From IMG/VR virus record IMGVR_UViG_3300035099_000047, positions 1 to 64,000 of that record: a DNA stretch of 64,000 bases; one strand, given 5' to 3'. Both the position numbers and the translations under genes were made by a program. Source of the stretch: a virus. A model generated the notes under the pieces. The model did not search any database. It was not told where the DNA came from and saw only the letters and a list, made by a program, of their open reading frames with translations. Each line of letters begins with the position of its first letter. Within the stretch, counting starts at the first letter, position 1. Of the stretch, positions 18,766 through 28,208 are shown one piece after another.

Positions 18766-20044
18766 GTGACATTCCCCACACCTAAAGGTGGAGGCTTCTG
18801 ACGGACGCTTGTCCTTGCTTGCTCCATGAGGGGGCAAGTAGCGGGGCTACGTTATCCGGCATGGGTGTGTCCCACCCAGCTCGACGCAAGATGTTCAGCG
18901 CCGCGTTGTGATCACGGTCGAGCGACAGACCACAGGCGCAGGTGACCCAACGGGTCGAAAGGTCAAAGTTTGGGAACGCTGTTCCACACTTAGAACAACA
19001 CTTGGACGTATAGGCGGGGTCTACATAGGCGACTTCACGACCAGCGCTTTCAGCCTTGTACGTGAGGTACTGCCGAAATGCAGACCAGCCGCTGTCCAGG
19101 ATGCTCTTGCTCAGGTGATGATTGCAAACCATGTTGCGTACATGCAAGTCTTCCAGTGCAATACGGTCATATCGGCGAATCAAGTCGGTGCTCAGTTTGT
19201 GCAGAAAGTCTGCACGCTGCGCCGCAACATGTGACTGATGGCGCTGAACGGCAAGCAGCACCCGGCGACGGTTGTTGCTACCGCGATGGGCGCGGGCAAG
19301 TTTGCGTTGCAGGCGGCGCAATTCCCGCTGCCCGGCACGATAGAAGGCCGGATGCGCAATCTTTGCTCCATCACTGATAGTTAGCAAGGCGGAAATGCCT
19401 ACGTCAATCCCAGCGATCTTGCCTGTGGGAGGCAGCGGTTTGCCTTCTGGCACTTCACAGGCAAAACAGGCATACCACCATCCCGCTTTGCGCAGGATGC
19501 GAACCGTCTTGACCGTTCCCTCAAGTGGGCGATGCCAGCGTACACGCATCCGCCCAATGCCATACAGCTTCAGTCGCCGCCCATCGAGTTTTGCACCATT
19601 CCCGAATTGCTTGAACAGAAAGCTGTTGAATTTGTTGTGACCTTTGAATCGTGGAAAGCCGGGCTTCTCTCCAGCTTTTACACGGCGAAAAAACGCCTGA
19701 AATGCAAGGTCAACCTGGTCAATGACGCTCTGTGCCGTTTGGCTGAACATCCGTTTGCCACAGAGGAAAGTCTTCCGGTAGTGTTTGGCAAGTTCGTAGA
19801 GTTCCGATCTGCTAACGCTGATCCTTTCCAGCTTATAAGCATACTTGCGCTCTGCCAGCGCCATGTTGTACAATCCTTGGCAGGCTTCCAGTATGCGACA
19901 CAAGTTTTTCTCTTGCGAGCGCGAAGGGTAGAGGCGATAGCGGTAAGTTCGCAGCATTTAGGCTACCTTCATCTCCAAGGCTCTGTTATAAACCTAGCAA
20001 CACCCCCTAGCCTTGACGGTATTTGCACCTGTTTCAACTCCACT
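18766..20044 (-). mobile_element. IS200/IS605-family element carrying tnpB only (IS1341-like)
   Basis: Right-end hairpin GAAGCCTCCACCTTTAGGTGTGGGGAATGTCAC ending in TCAC at 18766; no tnpA; left end inferred. Confidence 0.7.
18782..19957 (-). CDS. tnpB: RNA-guided endonuclease TnpB (IS605 group)
   Basis: HTH YRYRLYPS, RuvC-I GIDVG, RuvC-II ALEDL, Zn finger CSKCG/CACG, RuvC-III DRDHNAALNI. Confidence 0.95.
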   Translation of the reverse strand: MLRTYRYRLYPSRSQEKNLCRILEACQGLYNMALAERKYAYKLERISVSRSELYELAKHYRKTFLCGKRMFSQTAQSVIDQVDLAFQAFFRRVKAGEKPGFPRFKGHNKFNSFLFKQFGNGAKLDGRRLKLYGIGRMRVRWHRPLEGTVKTVRILRKAGWWYACFACEVPEGKPLPPTGKIAGIDVGISALLTISDGAKIAHPAFYRAGQRELRRLQRKLARAHRGSNNRRRVLLAVQRHQSHVAAQRADFLHKLSTDLIRRYDRIALEDLHVRNMVCNHHLSKSILDSGWSAFRQYLTYKAESAGREVAYVDPAYTSKCCSKCGTAFPNFDLSTRWVTCACGLSLDRDHNAALNILRRAGWDTPMPDNVAPLLAPSWSKQGQASVRSLHL

Positions 20045-20377
20045 GTCATACTCATAATCAACCACAAAATAAGGTCTACCTCTAGGCATTTTAGGCCACT
20101 CCACGTACAATTTACCCAAAAATGGATCTAATCTCATTTTCAGGGGTCTCGGTCCCCAATCGTCCTCTTTCCAAATGATCAACCCTCCTTTTCGATTAAA
20201 ACGAAACTTGAAACGGTCCTTCAACCTATAAACCATGACACCTTTCAAAGTACCAGGCATTACAGGAAAGTACTGCAACTGGTATTCTTCCGACTTTTTT
20301 ACCCAATCAATGAATCTAGCTTCCAATCTTTCATTAAACACAACACTGGCTGTATGAAACCATTTGCTCATTCCCAC
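19994..20377 (-). CDS. Hypothetical protein; C-terminus altered by the TnpB element insertion
   Basis: Reading frame runs into the inferred element left end. Confidence 0.55.
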   Translation of the reverse strand: MGMSKWFHTASVVFNERLEARFIDWVKKSEEYQLQYFPVMPGTLKGVMVYRLKDRFKFRFNRKGGLIIWKEDDWGPRPLKMRLDPFLGKLYVEWPKMPRGRPYFVVDYEYDSGVETGANTVKARGCC

Positions 20378-21222
20378 AACCCTTTCAATATTCGTTTACG
20401 AGGCCCCTTCCTCCGGAGAGATTTCATCCCCAGCTCATCCATGATCTCATCCCACGCCCCTTGACTCACGTTGTCCTCTTGCAAATGACAAGGTTCCGTA
20501 CCTACAAAAGGCAGCCTCACCAAATCCAAATTGAAATTCCACACATTCGTACCAGCAACTATAGCTTGGAAAGCCTTGGTATCTGGCTTGAGCTTACCTG
20601 TTAGAAACTTTACAGCCGTTTTCTCCCCAACCCCCTTGATCCCTATCACCCCATCCCCTCTACATCCCGCAAGAGCCTTCACATCTGGCCATTTTGCGGG
20701 ACAAATACCCCACTGACGAGTAAACGAATCCGCTGTCACAATCTTGCCCTTAAGCAACCACATACACACCCGAGGACCAAGCAGCTGAAACAAATCCTCA
20801 TCACTGCTAACTATGATAGCTTCCTCACCTTTTGGTAAGTTGTCGCAAACCGAGGCAATAATGTCATCTGCTTCATAACCATCTTGTGACAGGACATTCT
20901 TGAACCCTATTTCTGGCAGATACCTAGTGCGCAACCGATACAGCTGCTTGCGTAAGTTGCTGAAAGCTTGTCGTTCTTCCGGGGACTGATCCTTGTGGCG
21001 GTTGCGCTTGTATTGACTGAAAATTTCCCTACGCTTATCGCAACCGCGATCAAACGTCCATGCAACCCGATTCGTAGAATGGAGATCCATCAGGTTAAGG
21101 ACAACTTGGAAGATTCCAAAAACAGCACCCGTATGGATCCCTTTATGAGAAAGTTCCCCTAAATGGTAAATAGCTCGATGAGCCAAAGCATTCGTGTCTA
21201 CAATAAGCCAAGGGGGACTCAA
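20368..21222 (-). CDS. 5'-3' exonuclease / flap endonuclease (Pol I N-terminal, T5 D15-like)
   Basis: LIVDTNALAHR, GYEADDIIAS, SSDEDLFQL, H3TH GIKGVGEKTA. Confidence 0.92.
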   Translation of the reverse strand: MSPPWLIVDTNALAHRAIYHLGELSHKGIHTGAVFGIFQVVLNLMDLHSTNRVAWTFDRGCDKRREIFSQYKRNRHKDQSPEERQAFSNLRKQLYRLRTRYLPEIGFKNVLSQDGYEADDIIASVCDNLPKGEEAIIVSSDEDLFQLLGPRVCMWLLKGKIVTADSFTRQWGICPAKWPDVKALAGCRGDGVIGIKGVGEKTAVKFLTGKLKPDTKAFQAIVAGTNVWNFNLDLVRLPFVGTEPCHLQEDNVSQGAWDEIMDELGMKSLRRKGPRKRILKGLWE

Positions 21223-21434
21223 ATCTGAACCACCCTTTTGAACTCAGCAGGGATATCGGGGTACAACCGATCTAACATCAGTTGAGCATCTTCCTTACAA
21301 TCATACCTATAGGCAGGCAAAACGTAGCCTTCAAGTGGACTAGGAACCACGTCCTTCCATTCCCCCATATCAACATAGTGGGTCCCGCCGGAAAACTCAC
21401 TCTTAGCCCCTACTTGTACTTGCATTTTCCACAT
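21219..21434 (-). CDS. Hypothetical protein
   Basis: ORF coupled to the exonuclease gene. Confidence 0.55.
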   Translation of the reverse strand: MWKMQVQVGAKSEFSGGTHYVDMGEWKDVVPSPLEGYVLPAYRYDCKEDAQLMLDRLYPDIPAEFKRVVQI

Positions 21435-21462
21435 AAATCACCCAAATTTCCAGTCCCAAACA

Positions 21463-22593
21463 TCAATGATACCTGCTTTTTCTGTGGATTTTACAAGCTT
21501 CTTCCACAGCATTCCAAGCGTCCACTACTAAAGCCTTCAAATCATCTTCCATATTTTCCTCTTCCACCATACGTACTATTTCCTCTCGGCGCATAATCCG
21601 TTCTGGCCCAAGACCTGTCACCACAATCTTGCCACCGCTCGCATTTTCACTCTGAGTTTCTTTTTCCTTTTTCCAAACCTTTTCCGCTACCAAGTAATCC
21701 ACCATCCCACCAACATCATCTACCCCTGCGCTATGATACACCGGGACCACCACAGACCGATCCCTACCCACCACGCGGTTTTTCTTGACCCGCACCTTGC
21801 AATACGTACCCAGTTCCCGTTCCTTACCATTGACTTCCCTCTTGATTTTACCCACTTGAGTGGACCACAACTGAAGCGTGGCAAAGAACTTCAAGGCTCG
21901 GCCACCAGCCACTGTACTAGACTCAAACAAACTGTAACTATCCCGCGTCTGGCTGACCACTATCAAAATGCTACCACTGCGCTTCAACGGGCCCATCAAT
22001 TTACGCAGATTACGAGAATTCCATTTGGCTATTTCTCCCCCAAAGCTACCCGTGACTTCCTTCTTACCCTTGCGCATAGCCGCCTTGACTTTATCAAACT
22101 GGTTTATCTCCTCCCGACTGGTGAGGCCGTCAAGGCTATCCAAAACGTATATGAAGGGCTTACTTTTTTTGAGTGAGTCATCCAAGTTAAAATAAAACTC
22201 TTGGATAGTCTCGCTGTCTTCACGGTTGCCTTCTTCGTCGTAACGCGGAGCTTCTAACCTTTGGGCCACTTTCGGTCCAAAGAAACGCTCAATGTCCATC
22301 AATGCACCGCCTTCAGGCGCATCATAAACAAACCTGTAATCATCAAAGCTAGGGTTAATGCTAGCTTCCGCCAAACAGGTCAACGTCAAAAATGTCTTAC
22401 CTGAGTCCGAATCACCGACGAACCAGTAAAACTTCCCTTTCACAAACCCCTTGTCTGGATGCCCTGTACATGCCAAATTCAAACAAGTGCTGCCCGTACT
22501 CAAAAACCGATCTGGACTCAGATCTTCCAACACATCCCGTTCCACTGGTTTACACAACGCCTGCTTAATACGTTCAATCTTGTTGGGACTCAT
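21463..22593 (-). CDS. recA: RecA/UvsX-like recombinase
   Basis: LSTGS, Walker A GDSDSGKT, VLDSLDGL, SQTR, GGRALKFFA, VKKNRV. Confidence 0.9.
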   Translation of the reverse strand: MSPNKIERIKQALCKPVERDVLEDLSPDRFLSTGSTCLNLACTGHPDKGFVKGKFYWFVGDSDSGKTFLTLTCLAEASINPSFDDYRFVYDAPEGGALMDIERFFGPKVAQRLEAPRYDEEGNREDSETIQEFYFNLDDSLKKSKPFIYVLDSLDGLTSREEINQFDKVKAAMRKGKKEVTGSFGGEIAKWNSRNLRKLMGPLKRSGSILIVVSQTRDSYSLFESSTVAGGRALKFFATLQLWSTQVGKIKREVNGKERELGTYCKVRVKKNRVVGRDRSVVVPVYHSAGVDDVGGMVDYLVAEKVWKKEKETQSENASGGKIVVTGLGPERIMRREEIVRMVEEENMEDDLKALVVDAWNAVEEACKIHRKSRYH

Positions 22594-22691
22594 AACTCAC
22601 CTCAACAAGGTTTCTGCCAAGTGGTCTTGGTCACAACCGATACTTTACTCGCTTATAATTGCTTATAAGTGGCATGCGAGAGGCTGGCGGT

Positions 22692-24314
22692 TTAGGCCAG
22701 CATCAGGGGAGTATCTTCCAAGGCCCGCAGAAACACTCCGCGAGCGCCGTTTATGTCCCGGTCCATCGAGACACCATCCGAACCACGCACACGATATCGG
22801 CTGCCCAAATTCAGGATGATTTCTCCCGACCATGAGCAAGTCTTGGACGTGTACGCTTCGTCCTGAATCAGAACGGTTTTCTGTTCTTGATCGGCCTTGG
22901 CAACCAATCTCAAACGGAAACGAGAATGGGCCAAGCCGAGCATGGCGCGAACGGACTTGTTGCGCAACTTGCGACTCGTTCGACTGGCCATGCGTCCCGC
23001 CGCGAATGGCGGGATGATGATGGTGTCGAATTCATCAAGCAAGAATCGAATCGTCTTCCAATGTAACTCGTCAATCAAGTTGCTGATCTTGCGCCGCATC
23101 CGTCCAATAGCTAAAGTCAAACGACGTTTCGATCGCTTGTCTCCCTTGGCGCGACGTGAAATCAGCCGATCAAGGTGAACGAGAAGACGGACGATTCGTT
23201 GTTGTGCTTGCTCTCCGATCTTGCCGTGAGAATCAAGAGAAAACAGAGTCTGAAACGTTCGGACGCCGGGGTCCAGAGCTACCGTCCGGCCTTTATCAGC
23301 CTTTTGTTGGACGGTAACTCTGAACGGAACGGACAAGAACCAAGCCCCATTGTCCCAGACGAGTCGGGAATCCCGATGCTGCTGGGGAAGCGGTTCCGCC
23401 GCCTTGAGAACTCCGGCAATTCTCAAGTAAACGCCGATGGCGTTATCTTTTTGCTTCACTGCCGATGCGGGAATGAAGCACGATTGTTTCGGGTTTCGCC
23501 TGGAGCGAAAGCGCATCTTGAACGGCTCGCCAGTCTGCTTGGCTTTCTTCTTTTGAGCCGAGAATGCTTCGCACGCATCGCTTACGGCCACGCTCTTGAT
23601 CTGATACGGGACAGCACGCATCCAGTCCGGGCACGTCGCCAAAATCATCTTCTTGACAACAGTCCAATGCGGACGCGGCCCGTCAAGGCCGTTGATATAC
23701 TCGATGGTTTGGTTGTAGCACCAGCGGCTTGCGGCCAACCAACTGCGGAACCTATTCGCTTGTTCCGGTGTCGGATAGAGTCTGATCTTCCTTGATCTTG
23801 TCGCGGTATTTTCTGAGTCCGTGCATTCGCGCAGAGAAGACGGCAAGGATGGCAAGCAAGTCTTGAGTGAGTTCGTCTGCTGGACTGCCTTTCGCAGACT
23901 TACCGAGAACCACGATTTTGCCACCGTTTCGCTCGACCACCCAACGGATGAGTTCGATTCCGAATCTGGCAAGCCGGTCGCTGTGGGCAACCACAATCGT
24001 AAGCTGTTCGCCGCGCAAGCTGCGTTCCAGTAAGGAGCGCAAACCTTTGCGTCTGAAGTTGAGTCCGCTGCCGATGTCGATGACGATTTCACTGCCTGGA
24101 TTGCGTTGTTTGAGCCATTCGACTTGCCGTTCAAGATCGTCTTTTTGTTTGTGGCTCGAAACTCTGGCGTAACAGACAATGGCTGATTTGACGCCGACCC
24201 AGGTATCAATGCCAAACAATTGCTGTCCAGTCGGAGTTCGTTTGCAAGGAATCTGTCCATGATCGGCATACTTTCTGAGTGTGTGTGGGTGCAAACCAGT
24301 GGTATCGACGGCAA
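22692..24314 (-). CDS. tnpB: TnpB, IS607 / pro-Fanzor-like (start uncertain; overlaps tnpA in another frame)
   Basis: KIRLYPT, RuvC-I ALDPGVRTF, IIIPPF at the usual RuvC-II Glu, DEAYTSKTC, RuvC-III DRDINGARG. Confidence 0.9.
   Translation of the reverse strand: MPSIPLVCTHTHSESMPIMDRFLANELRLDSNCLALIPGSASNQPLSVTPEFRATNKKTILNGKSNGSNNAIQAVKSSSTSAADSTSDAKVCAPYWNAACAANSLRLWLPTATGLPDSESNSSVGWSSETVAKSWFSVSLRKAVQQTNSLKTCLPSLPSSLRECTDSENTATRSRKIRLYPTPEQANRFRSWLAASRWCYNQTIEYINGLDGPRPHWTVVKKMILATCPDWMRAVPYQIKSVAVSDACEAFSAQKKKAKQTGEPFKMRFRSRRNPKQSCFIPASAVKQKDNAIGVYLRIAGVLKAAEPLPQQHRDSRLVWDNGAWFLSVPFRVTVQQKADKGRTVALDPGVRTFQTLFSLDSHGKIGEQAQQRIVRLLVHLDRLISRRAKGDKRSKRRLTLAIGRMRRKISNLIDELHWKTIRFLLDEFDTIIIPPFAAGRMASRTSRKLRNKSVRAMLGLAHSRFRLRLVAKADQEQKTVLIQDEAYTSKTCSWSGEIILNLGSRYRVRGSDGVSMDRDINGARGVFLRALEDTPLMLA
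23752..24294 (-). CDS. tnpA: IS607 serine recombinase TnpA
   Basis: MerR-like HTH HPHTLRKYAD, catalytic YARVSS, DIGSGLN, DRLARFG. Confidence 0.93.
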   Translation of the reverse strand: MHPHTLRKYADHGQIPCKRTPTGQQLFGIDTWVGVKSAIVCYARVSSHKQKDDLERQVEWLKQRNPGSEIVIDIGSGLNFRRKGLRSLLERSLRGEQLTIVVAHSDRLARFGIELIRWVVERNGGKIVVLGKSAKGSPADELTQDLLAILAVFSARMHGLRKYRDKIKEDQTLSDTGTSE

Positions 24315-24446
24315 CCCTTAACGGAATGTACCTCTTCCGGATTAAAATGACTTGGATTCAAGCAATCCTTACGATGTTTGATTAACAAACTCTTCAATTG
24401 CCTCAAGTTGTTAACAGACACCTCAACCCCAACCACCTTGCCTTCA

Positions 24447-24740
24447 TCATTTTGTATTGCTATTTTCACAACTGCTTTCTCCATCATTGTTAGCACTAGC
24501 CAACAATCCAGCGGCCAACAACACACAGCCCACCGGTAGACGGTCACTATCAAGTTCAGAACCCACGTACCAACACCTAACCTCCCAACACCTCTTCATG
24601 AGAGTACGGACCTGGTACAGACAGTTCAACGGATTTTCAAGGGGGCAATCCATATCACCAAAATAAAATGGAGCCAGAGCCAGGGTTTCACTGGGCCTCA
24701 TCTGTACTACAGAAGCGTGCTGCGTACACCACTCTGGCAC
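24447..24740 (-). CDS. Hypothetical protein
   Basis: ORF on coding strand. Confidence 0.35.
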   Translation of the reverse strand: MPEWCTQHASVVQMRPSETLALAPFYFGDMDCPLENPLNCLYQVRTLMKRCWEVRCWYVGSELDSDRLPVGCVLLAAGLLASANNDGESSCENSNTK

Positions 24741-25000
24741 CTTAATCGTTCAATCCGAACCTTTCCTTGACACTTCATCCATTCAATCAACCGACCCAAC
24801 TGCTGCCCAACAAACCTACTCACGATCGGAGCAGCATCCATAATACGTCCATCCTTGTCCGTAACCACCTTCACAGTCATTCTGGGGCTGCTCAACCACC
24901 AGCATTCAATCCCAGCCGTTATCAACTGGTGGTTTCTTGCTAGCAGGTTCGGTTTTTTTAGGGGCCGGTTCATCCCAGTCATCTTGCTTCTTGCTCTCAA
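24707..25000 (-). CDS. Hypothetical protein (start probably downstream of the called start)
   Basis: IMDAAPIVSRFVGQQL motif. Confidence 0.5.
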   Translation of the reverse strand: MRARSKMTGMNRPLKKPNLLARNHQLITAGIECWWLSSPRMTVKVVTDKDGRIMDAAPIVSRFVGQQLGRLIEWMKCQGKVRIERLRCQSGVRSTLL

Positions 25001-26210
25001 GTTCGCTTGATTGGTCCTTATCCACTTTTGGTGCTTGCTTTTCCTCCTTCAGCTTGCGCACCTCATCCACACCAACCGTCGTATGGATCTCACCATCTTC
25101 ATCTTCCACAGTCAGGCTTGTACCATCTCGGCTAATGCGAACGATTTCACACACACCAAACTTACGGGTCTGAACCTTTTCACCCTCTTCCAAACCAGCT
25201 TCCTGCGCCGTCACTCCCTTCCTCTTAGGGGGAGATTTTTCATCCTGTGCTTTTTCGGGCTGCCTGGGTTTTTCTGGCTCTTCAACCTTGTTGCTACCGG
25301 GCTTACCCTTCCTTCCCGGCGATTCATCCGAATCGTCGTCATTGGTCTTGAGAGCCTGTGGCTTGCAGCCCCGAGTTTCTTCCTCTCCGTTGCCCTGGTC
25401 CTCAACCTCCTGCTCGAACGCCTTTTTCAGCTCGTCATAGGGCAACACTTTGACTACGGCATCCAAGTCGATGCCATGTTCTAACAACTTAGGATCCAAT
25501 CCATTCGGCCTAGCCCGGAACTCAATTTTGTAGCACTCGATGTACTTGAAAGTACCGGCATCTTCTTCACGGTAACTAGCCTTCAACAACGCTCCAGCAT
25601 CCGGGTCGTCAAAATCCCTGATGTAGGTTTCATCATCTTCAGCATCCTGACGACAATCATCCAGCAGTCTGCCAAACGTAGCGTGGCTAGTTTCGTACAG
25701 CTGAATCTCATCATCATCCTCATCCTGACGGTGGAGGTGGATCAAAAACAACTGCCGTTCCCGGGGACGCAAAGCTCTAACCAGTTTTTCATCCCCATCC
25801 GGATCCTTGGCCATGCGAGCTCTAAACTCACAAATGGGACACTTTTTACCAGCCGTCTTGGCAGGGCAAGTATAGCTCTCTCGATTAGGCCCCACCCCAG
25901 TATGGACATAGTAAGTACGCTCATAGTACCACTCTCCCGCCCTGGCATAACGGTTGCCCTCAAGAGTTTCCATGCCTGTTTTCACCTCATAGGGCACAAT
26001 GTCAAAACGGTACGATGTGTCCTTGGGCTGAAACACACTGATACCTTCTGGAATGGAGATGGTAGTCCAATCTCCTCCACTACGGTGCCTAGCGTCTCGA
26101 ATGGAGCTACCTGCTCGACGCCGTTCTCTCCGTTCCTCACGATCTCTCCGGTCACTTGCCATTTCTGATCTTCTCCTGATAGTAACGTTTGTGAAACTGT
26201 CTACGACCAT
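24906..26210 (-). CDS. Single-stranded DNA-binding protein (gp32-like) with acidic tail and SH3/KOW-like insert
   Basis: YVH...YTCP...KCPICE Zn site; acidic C-terminal tail ending WD; adjacent to UvsY-like and RecA genes. Confidence 0.75.
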   Translation of the reverse strand: MVVDSFTNVTIRRRSEMASDRRDREERRERRRAGSSIRDARHRSGGDWTTISIPEGISVFQPKDTSYRFDIVPYEVKTGMETLEGNRYARAGEWYYERTYYVHTGVGPNRESYTCPAKTAGKKCPICEFRARMAKDPDGDEKLVRALRPRERQLFLIHLHRQDEDDDEIQLYETSHATFGRLLDDCRQDAEDDETYIRDFDDPDAGALLKASYREEDAGTFKYIECYKIEFRARPNGLDPKLLEHGIDLDAVVKVLPYDELKKAFEQEVEDQGNGEEETRGCKPQALKTNDDDSDESPGRKGKPGSNKVEEPEKPRQPEKAQDEKSPPKRKGVTAQEAGLEEGEKVQTRKFGVCEIVRISRDGTSLTVEDEDGEIHTTVGVDEVRKLKEEKQAPKVDKDQSSELESKKQDDWDEPAPKKTEPASKKPPVDNGWD

Positions 26211-26334
26211 TCAAGTATCCCAACACAGCCAACTTGGCTGAGTAGTACACCAACACAAGCAAGACGGGCATGGCAAAAACCACTACCACAATCCAAGACA
26301 TTACGCTGGACATATCAGTCCCCTCTACGACCAC
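26152..26334 (-). CDS. Small membrane protein
   Basis: Single hydrophobic helix. Confidence 0.5.
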   Translation of the reverse strand: MVVEGTDMSSVMSWIVVVVFAMPVLLVLVYYSAKLAVLGYLNGRRQFHKRYYQEKIRNGK

Positions 26335-26833
26335 GCCTGATTATGTGTTTTTTAAGATCCTCCATTTCCTCGCGAGCTTCATCCGGAGCCTCGCACTCAC
26401 TATAGTATTCAGACAACCGCAACCGGACCAACTCTTGCAATGCTGCCTTTTTGTGTTCTATTGCGGATACAGCAGCATACATTACATCCACAGCATGTTG
26501 GCAGTCCATCAGCTTTTTTTGAGCACTCTTGAAAACAGGCTGAAGCAATATGGTGGCCTTGACTGCGGTTTCCGTGATTTTGTCCAGTCCATAAGCTTCC
26601 TTGTCCGTCCGTATGGCTTGGTCTAATTCTGCTTCAGTCACATCGAGATTGGCTTTGGCATGGCTCAATTCTAATTTAGCATCCGCCAACTCCTTACCAT
26701 AGCGGTACCGCAAACGGGGTTGATCAACCCAGTTGCGATCCAATTGGTCAGGGTCCGGATTGATATCCAATTCGATTTCATCATACTCTTGGACGCTTGA
26801 CATGGTTCCCAGCCTTTCACACCTCTCATCCAT
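26315..26833 (-). CDS. UvsY-like recombination mediator
   Basis: Helical, KITETAVKATI...AIEHKKAALQELVRL; located between SSB and clamp loader. Confidence 0.6.
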   Translation of the reverse strand: MDERCERLGTMSSVQEYDEIELDINPDPDQLDRNWVDQPRLRYRYGKELADAKLELSHAKANLDVTEAELDQAIRTDKEAYGLDKITETAVKATILLQPVFKSAQKKLMDCQHAVDVMYAAVSAIEHKKAALQELVRLRLSEYYSECEAPDEAREEMEDLKKHIIRRGRRGD

Positions 26834-26869
26834 GGGCTTTTCCTATAGCTATTATACCATGCTAACCAA

Positions 26870-27280
26870 TCAATTATCTACATCACTTAACTCTGATCTG
26901 ACCCGCCTAGACCTCAAGTACCCACTCAATTTCCTAGCGGTTTTCAGCGAAGCGTCAGCTATCCATTCCACATAACCAAGATCCACATCATCCCAAGCTT
27001 CACCCCTGTGAGCCTGAAACGGACACAATTGCCTACCAAACAGCTTGGCCTCAGCATCTGTCATCGGAGAAACAGCAAAATCCTTAACCGACTTACTCTC
27101 CCCGGGCCTCCATTGACTTATCAATTCGTAAATGCGGTTGGCAACAATACGTCTACCATCATCATCCAACGATTCACATTCCTCCTTGACCAGTTCAACC
27201 AAACTGTCAGCTATTTCCCCTGCATTCATATCATCGCCTGATCGCCTCATAACACATAGCATCCACCCCAGCCCGTCCAC
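26870..27280 (-). CDS. DUF3820-like protein
   Basis: CPFQAHRGEAWDDVDLGYVEW resembles the MPFGKHKG motif. Confidence 0.5.
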   Translation of the reverse strand: MDGLGWMLCVMRRSGDDMNAGEIADSLVELVKEECESLDDDGRRIVANRIYELISQWRPGESKSVKDFAVSPMTDAEAKLFGRQLCPFQAHRGEAWDDVDLGYVEWIADASLKTARKLSGYLRSRRVRSELSDVDN

Positions 27281-28208
27281 TATAAAACGAAGAGTCCTTG
27301 AAAATATCTGTCACAGTCCAAGCGTATTCCGCCGCATCACCCACGGTATTCAACATGACCTTGCGGGCATAGCCCAACACTCCCCGCCGGATGTCCTCAG
27401 GATCTTCATCCAACTTGTTCAAGCACGCTGCAACCTCTTTCCACTGAACTCCTTTTTTGAATATCAATCGGGCCAACTCAAGTGTAGCACTGCTACCCAT
27501 CCCCCGTGTTACAGCATTTAGCTGCTTTTCCTTGCCCTCTACGTGGATCGCGGCATTTAACAACACCAATGCTTTACGAGGGCTGCCTTCCGCACATTCC
27601 ACGATCTTGTCTGCCACGTCCTCATCCAAATCAAACCGTTCACGGGCTGAAATGTCTTTCAGCAGGGCCAACATTTCTTCGTTTTTGAGCAGCCGGAAAT
27701 GAATTTCGGTGAATCGGGTATGAAGTGGCTTGATGATCTTTTCAGGTTCCGTGGTAGTCAAAATGAAATAGACATGATCTGGTGTAAACTCAGTCATATC
27801 CAACAGTGCATTTTGGCCATCGCTTGTTTCCTTGTGAAACTCATCAAGTAACCATATCCGCTTCCACCCTTCCTCTATTGGGCCACCCATAGGCACCATG
27901 CCCATACTATCACCAATGTCCCGTATAATGTCCACCCCCCGACCGTCGTTAGCGATATTGATGGCCTGCCAATCCATATCATGACACTTCAGCCTGTTTT
28001 TAAGTATAAGCGCCACTGTTGTCTTTCCAGTTCCACTTGGGCCAGAAAACATTAGTGAGTGAGGCACCTTGCCTTGGCGGCCCATTTCCTTCAGCGCCTC
28101 CACCGCGTCCTCCTGACCATACAGCTCACTGAACTTAGTCGGGCGGTATTTTTTGTACAACTCCATTTCACCGTCGTTGCTCATACCACTCGCCTTTTGT
28201 GAAACCAA
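27231..28208 (-). CDS. dnaX: Clamp loader AAA+ (DNA Pol III gamma/tau-like)
   Basis: LYKKYRPTKFSELYGQ, GPSGTGKTT, LLDEFH, AEGSPRKAL. Confidence 0.88.
   Translation of the reverse strand: MVSQKASGMSNDGEMELYKKYRPTKFSELYGQEDAVEALKEMGRQGKVPHSLMFSGPSGTGKTTVALILKNRLKCHDMDWQAINIANDGRGVDIIRDIGDSMGMVPMGGPIEEGWKRIWLLDEFHKETSDGQNALLDMTEFTPDHVYFILTTTEPEKIIKPLHTRFTEIHFRLLKNEEMLALLKDISARERFDLDEDVADKIVECAEGSPRKALVLLNAAIHVEGKEKQLNAVTRGMGSSATLELARLIFKKGVQWKEVAACLNKLDEDPEDIRRGVLGYARKVMLNTVGDAAEYAWTVTDIFKDSSFYSGRAGVDAMCYEAIRR

Larger units (their letters stand above)
22637..24420 (-). mobile_element. IS607-family insertion sequence (serine TnpA + Fanzor-like TnpB)
   Basis: tnpA/tnpB pair; right end ...AAAGTATCGG; left junction TTGAGG|TGTC; rejoining at GG restores an ORF ...VGVEVVTKTTWQKPC*. 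Confidence 0.8.
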
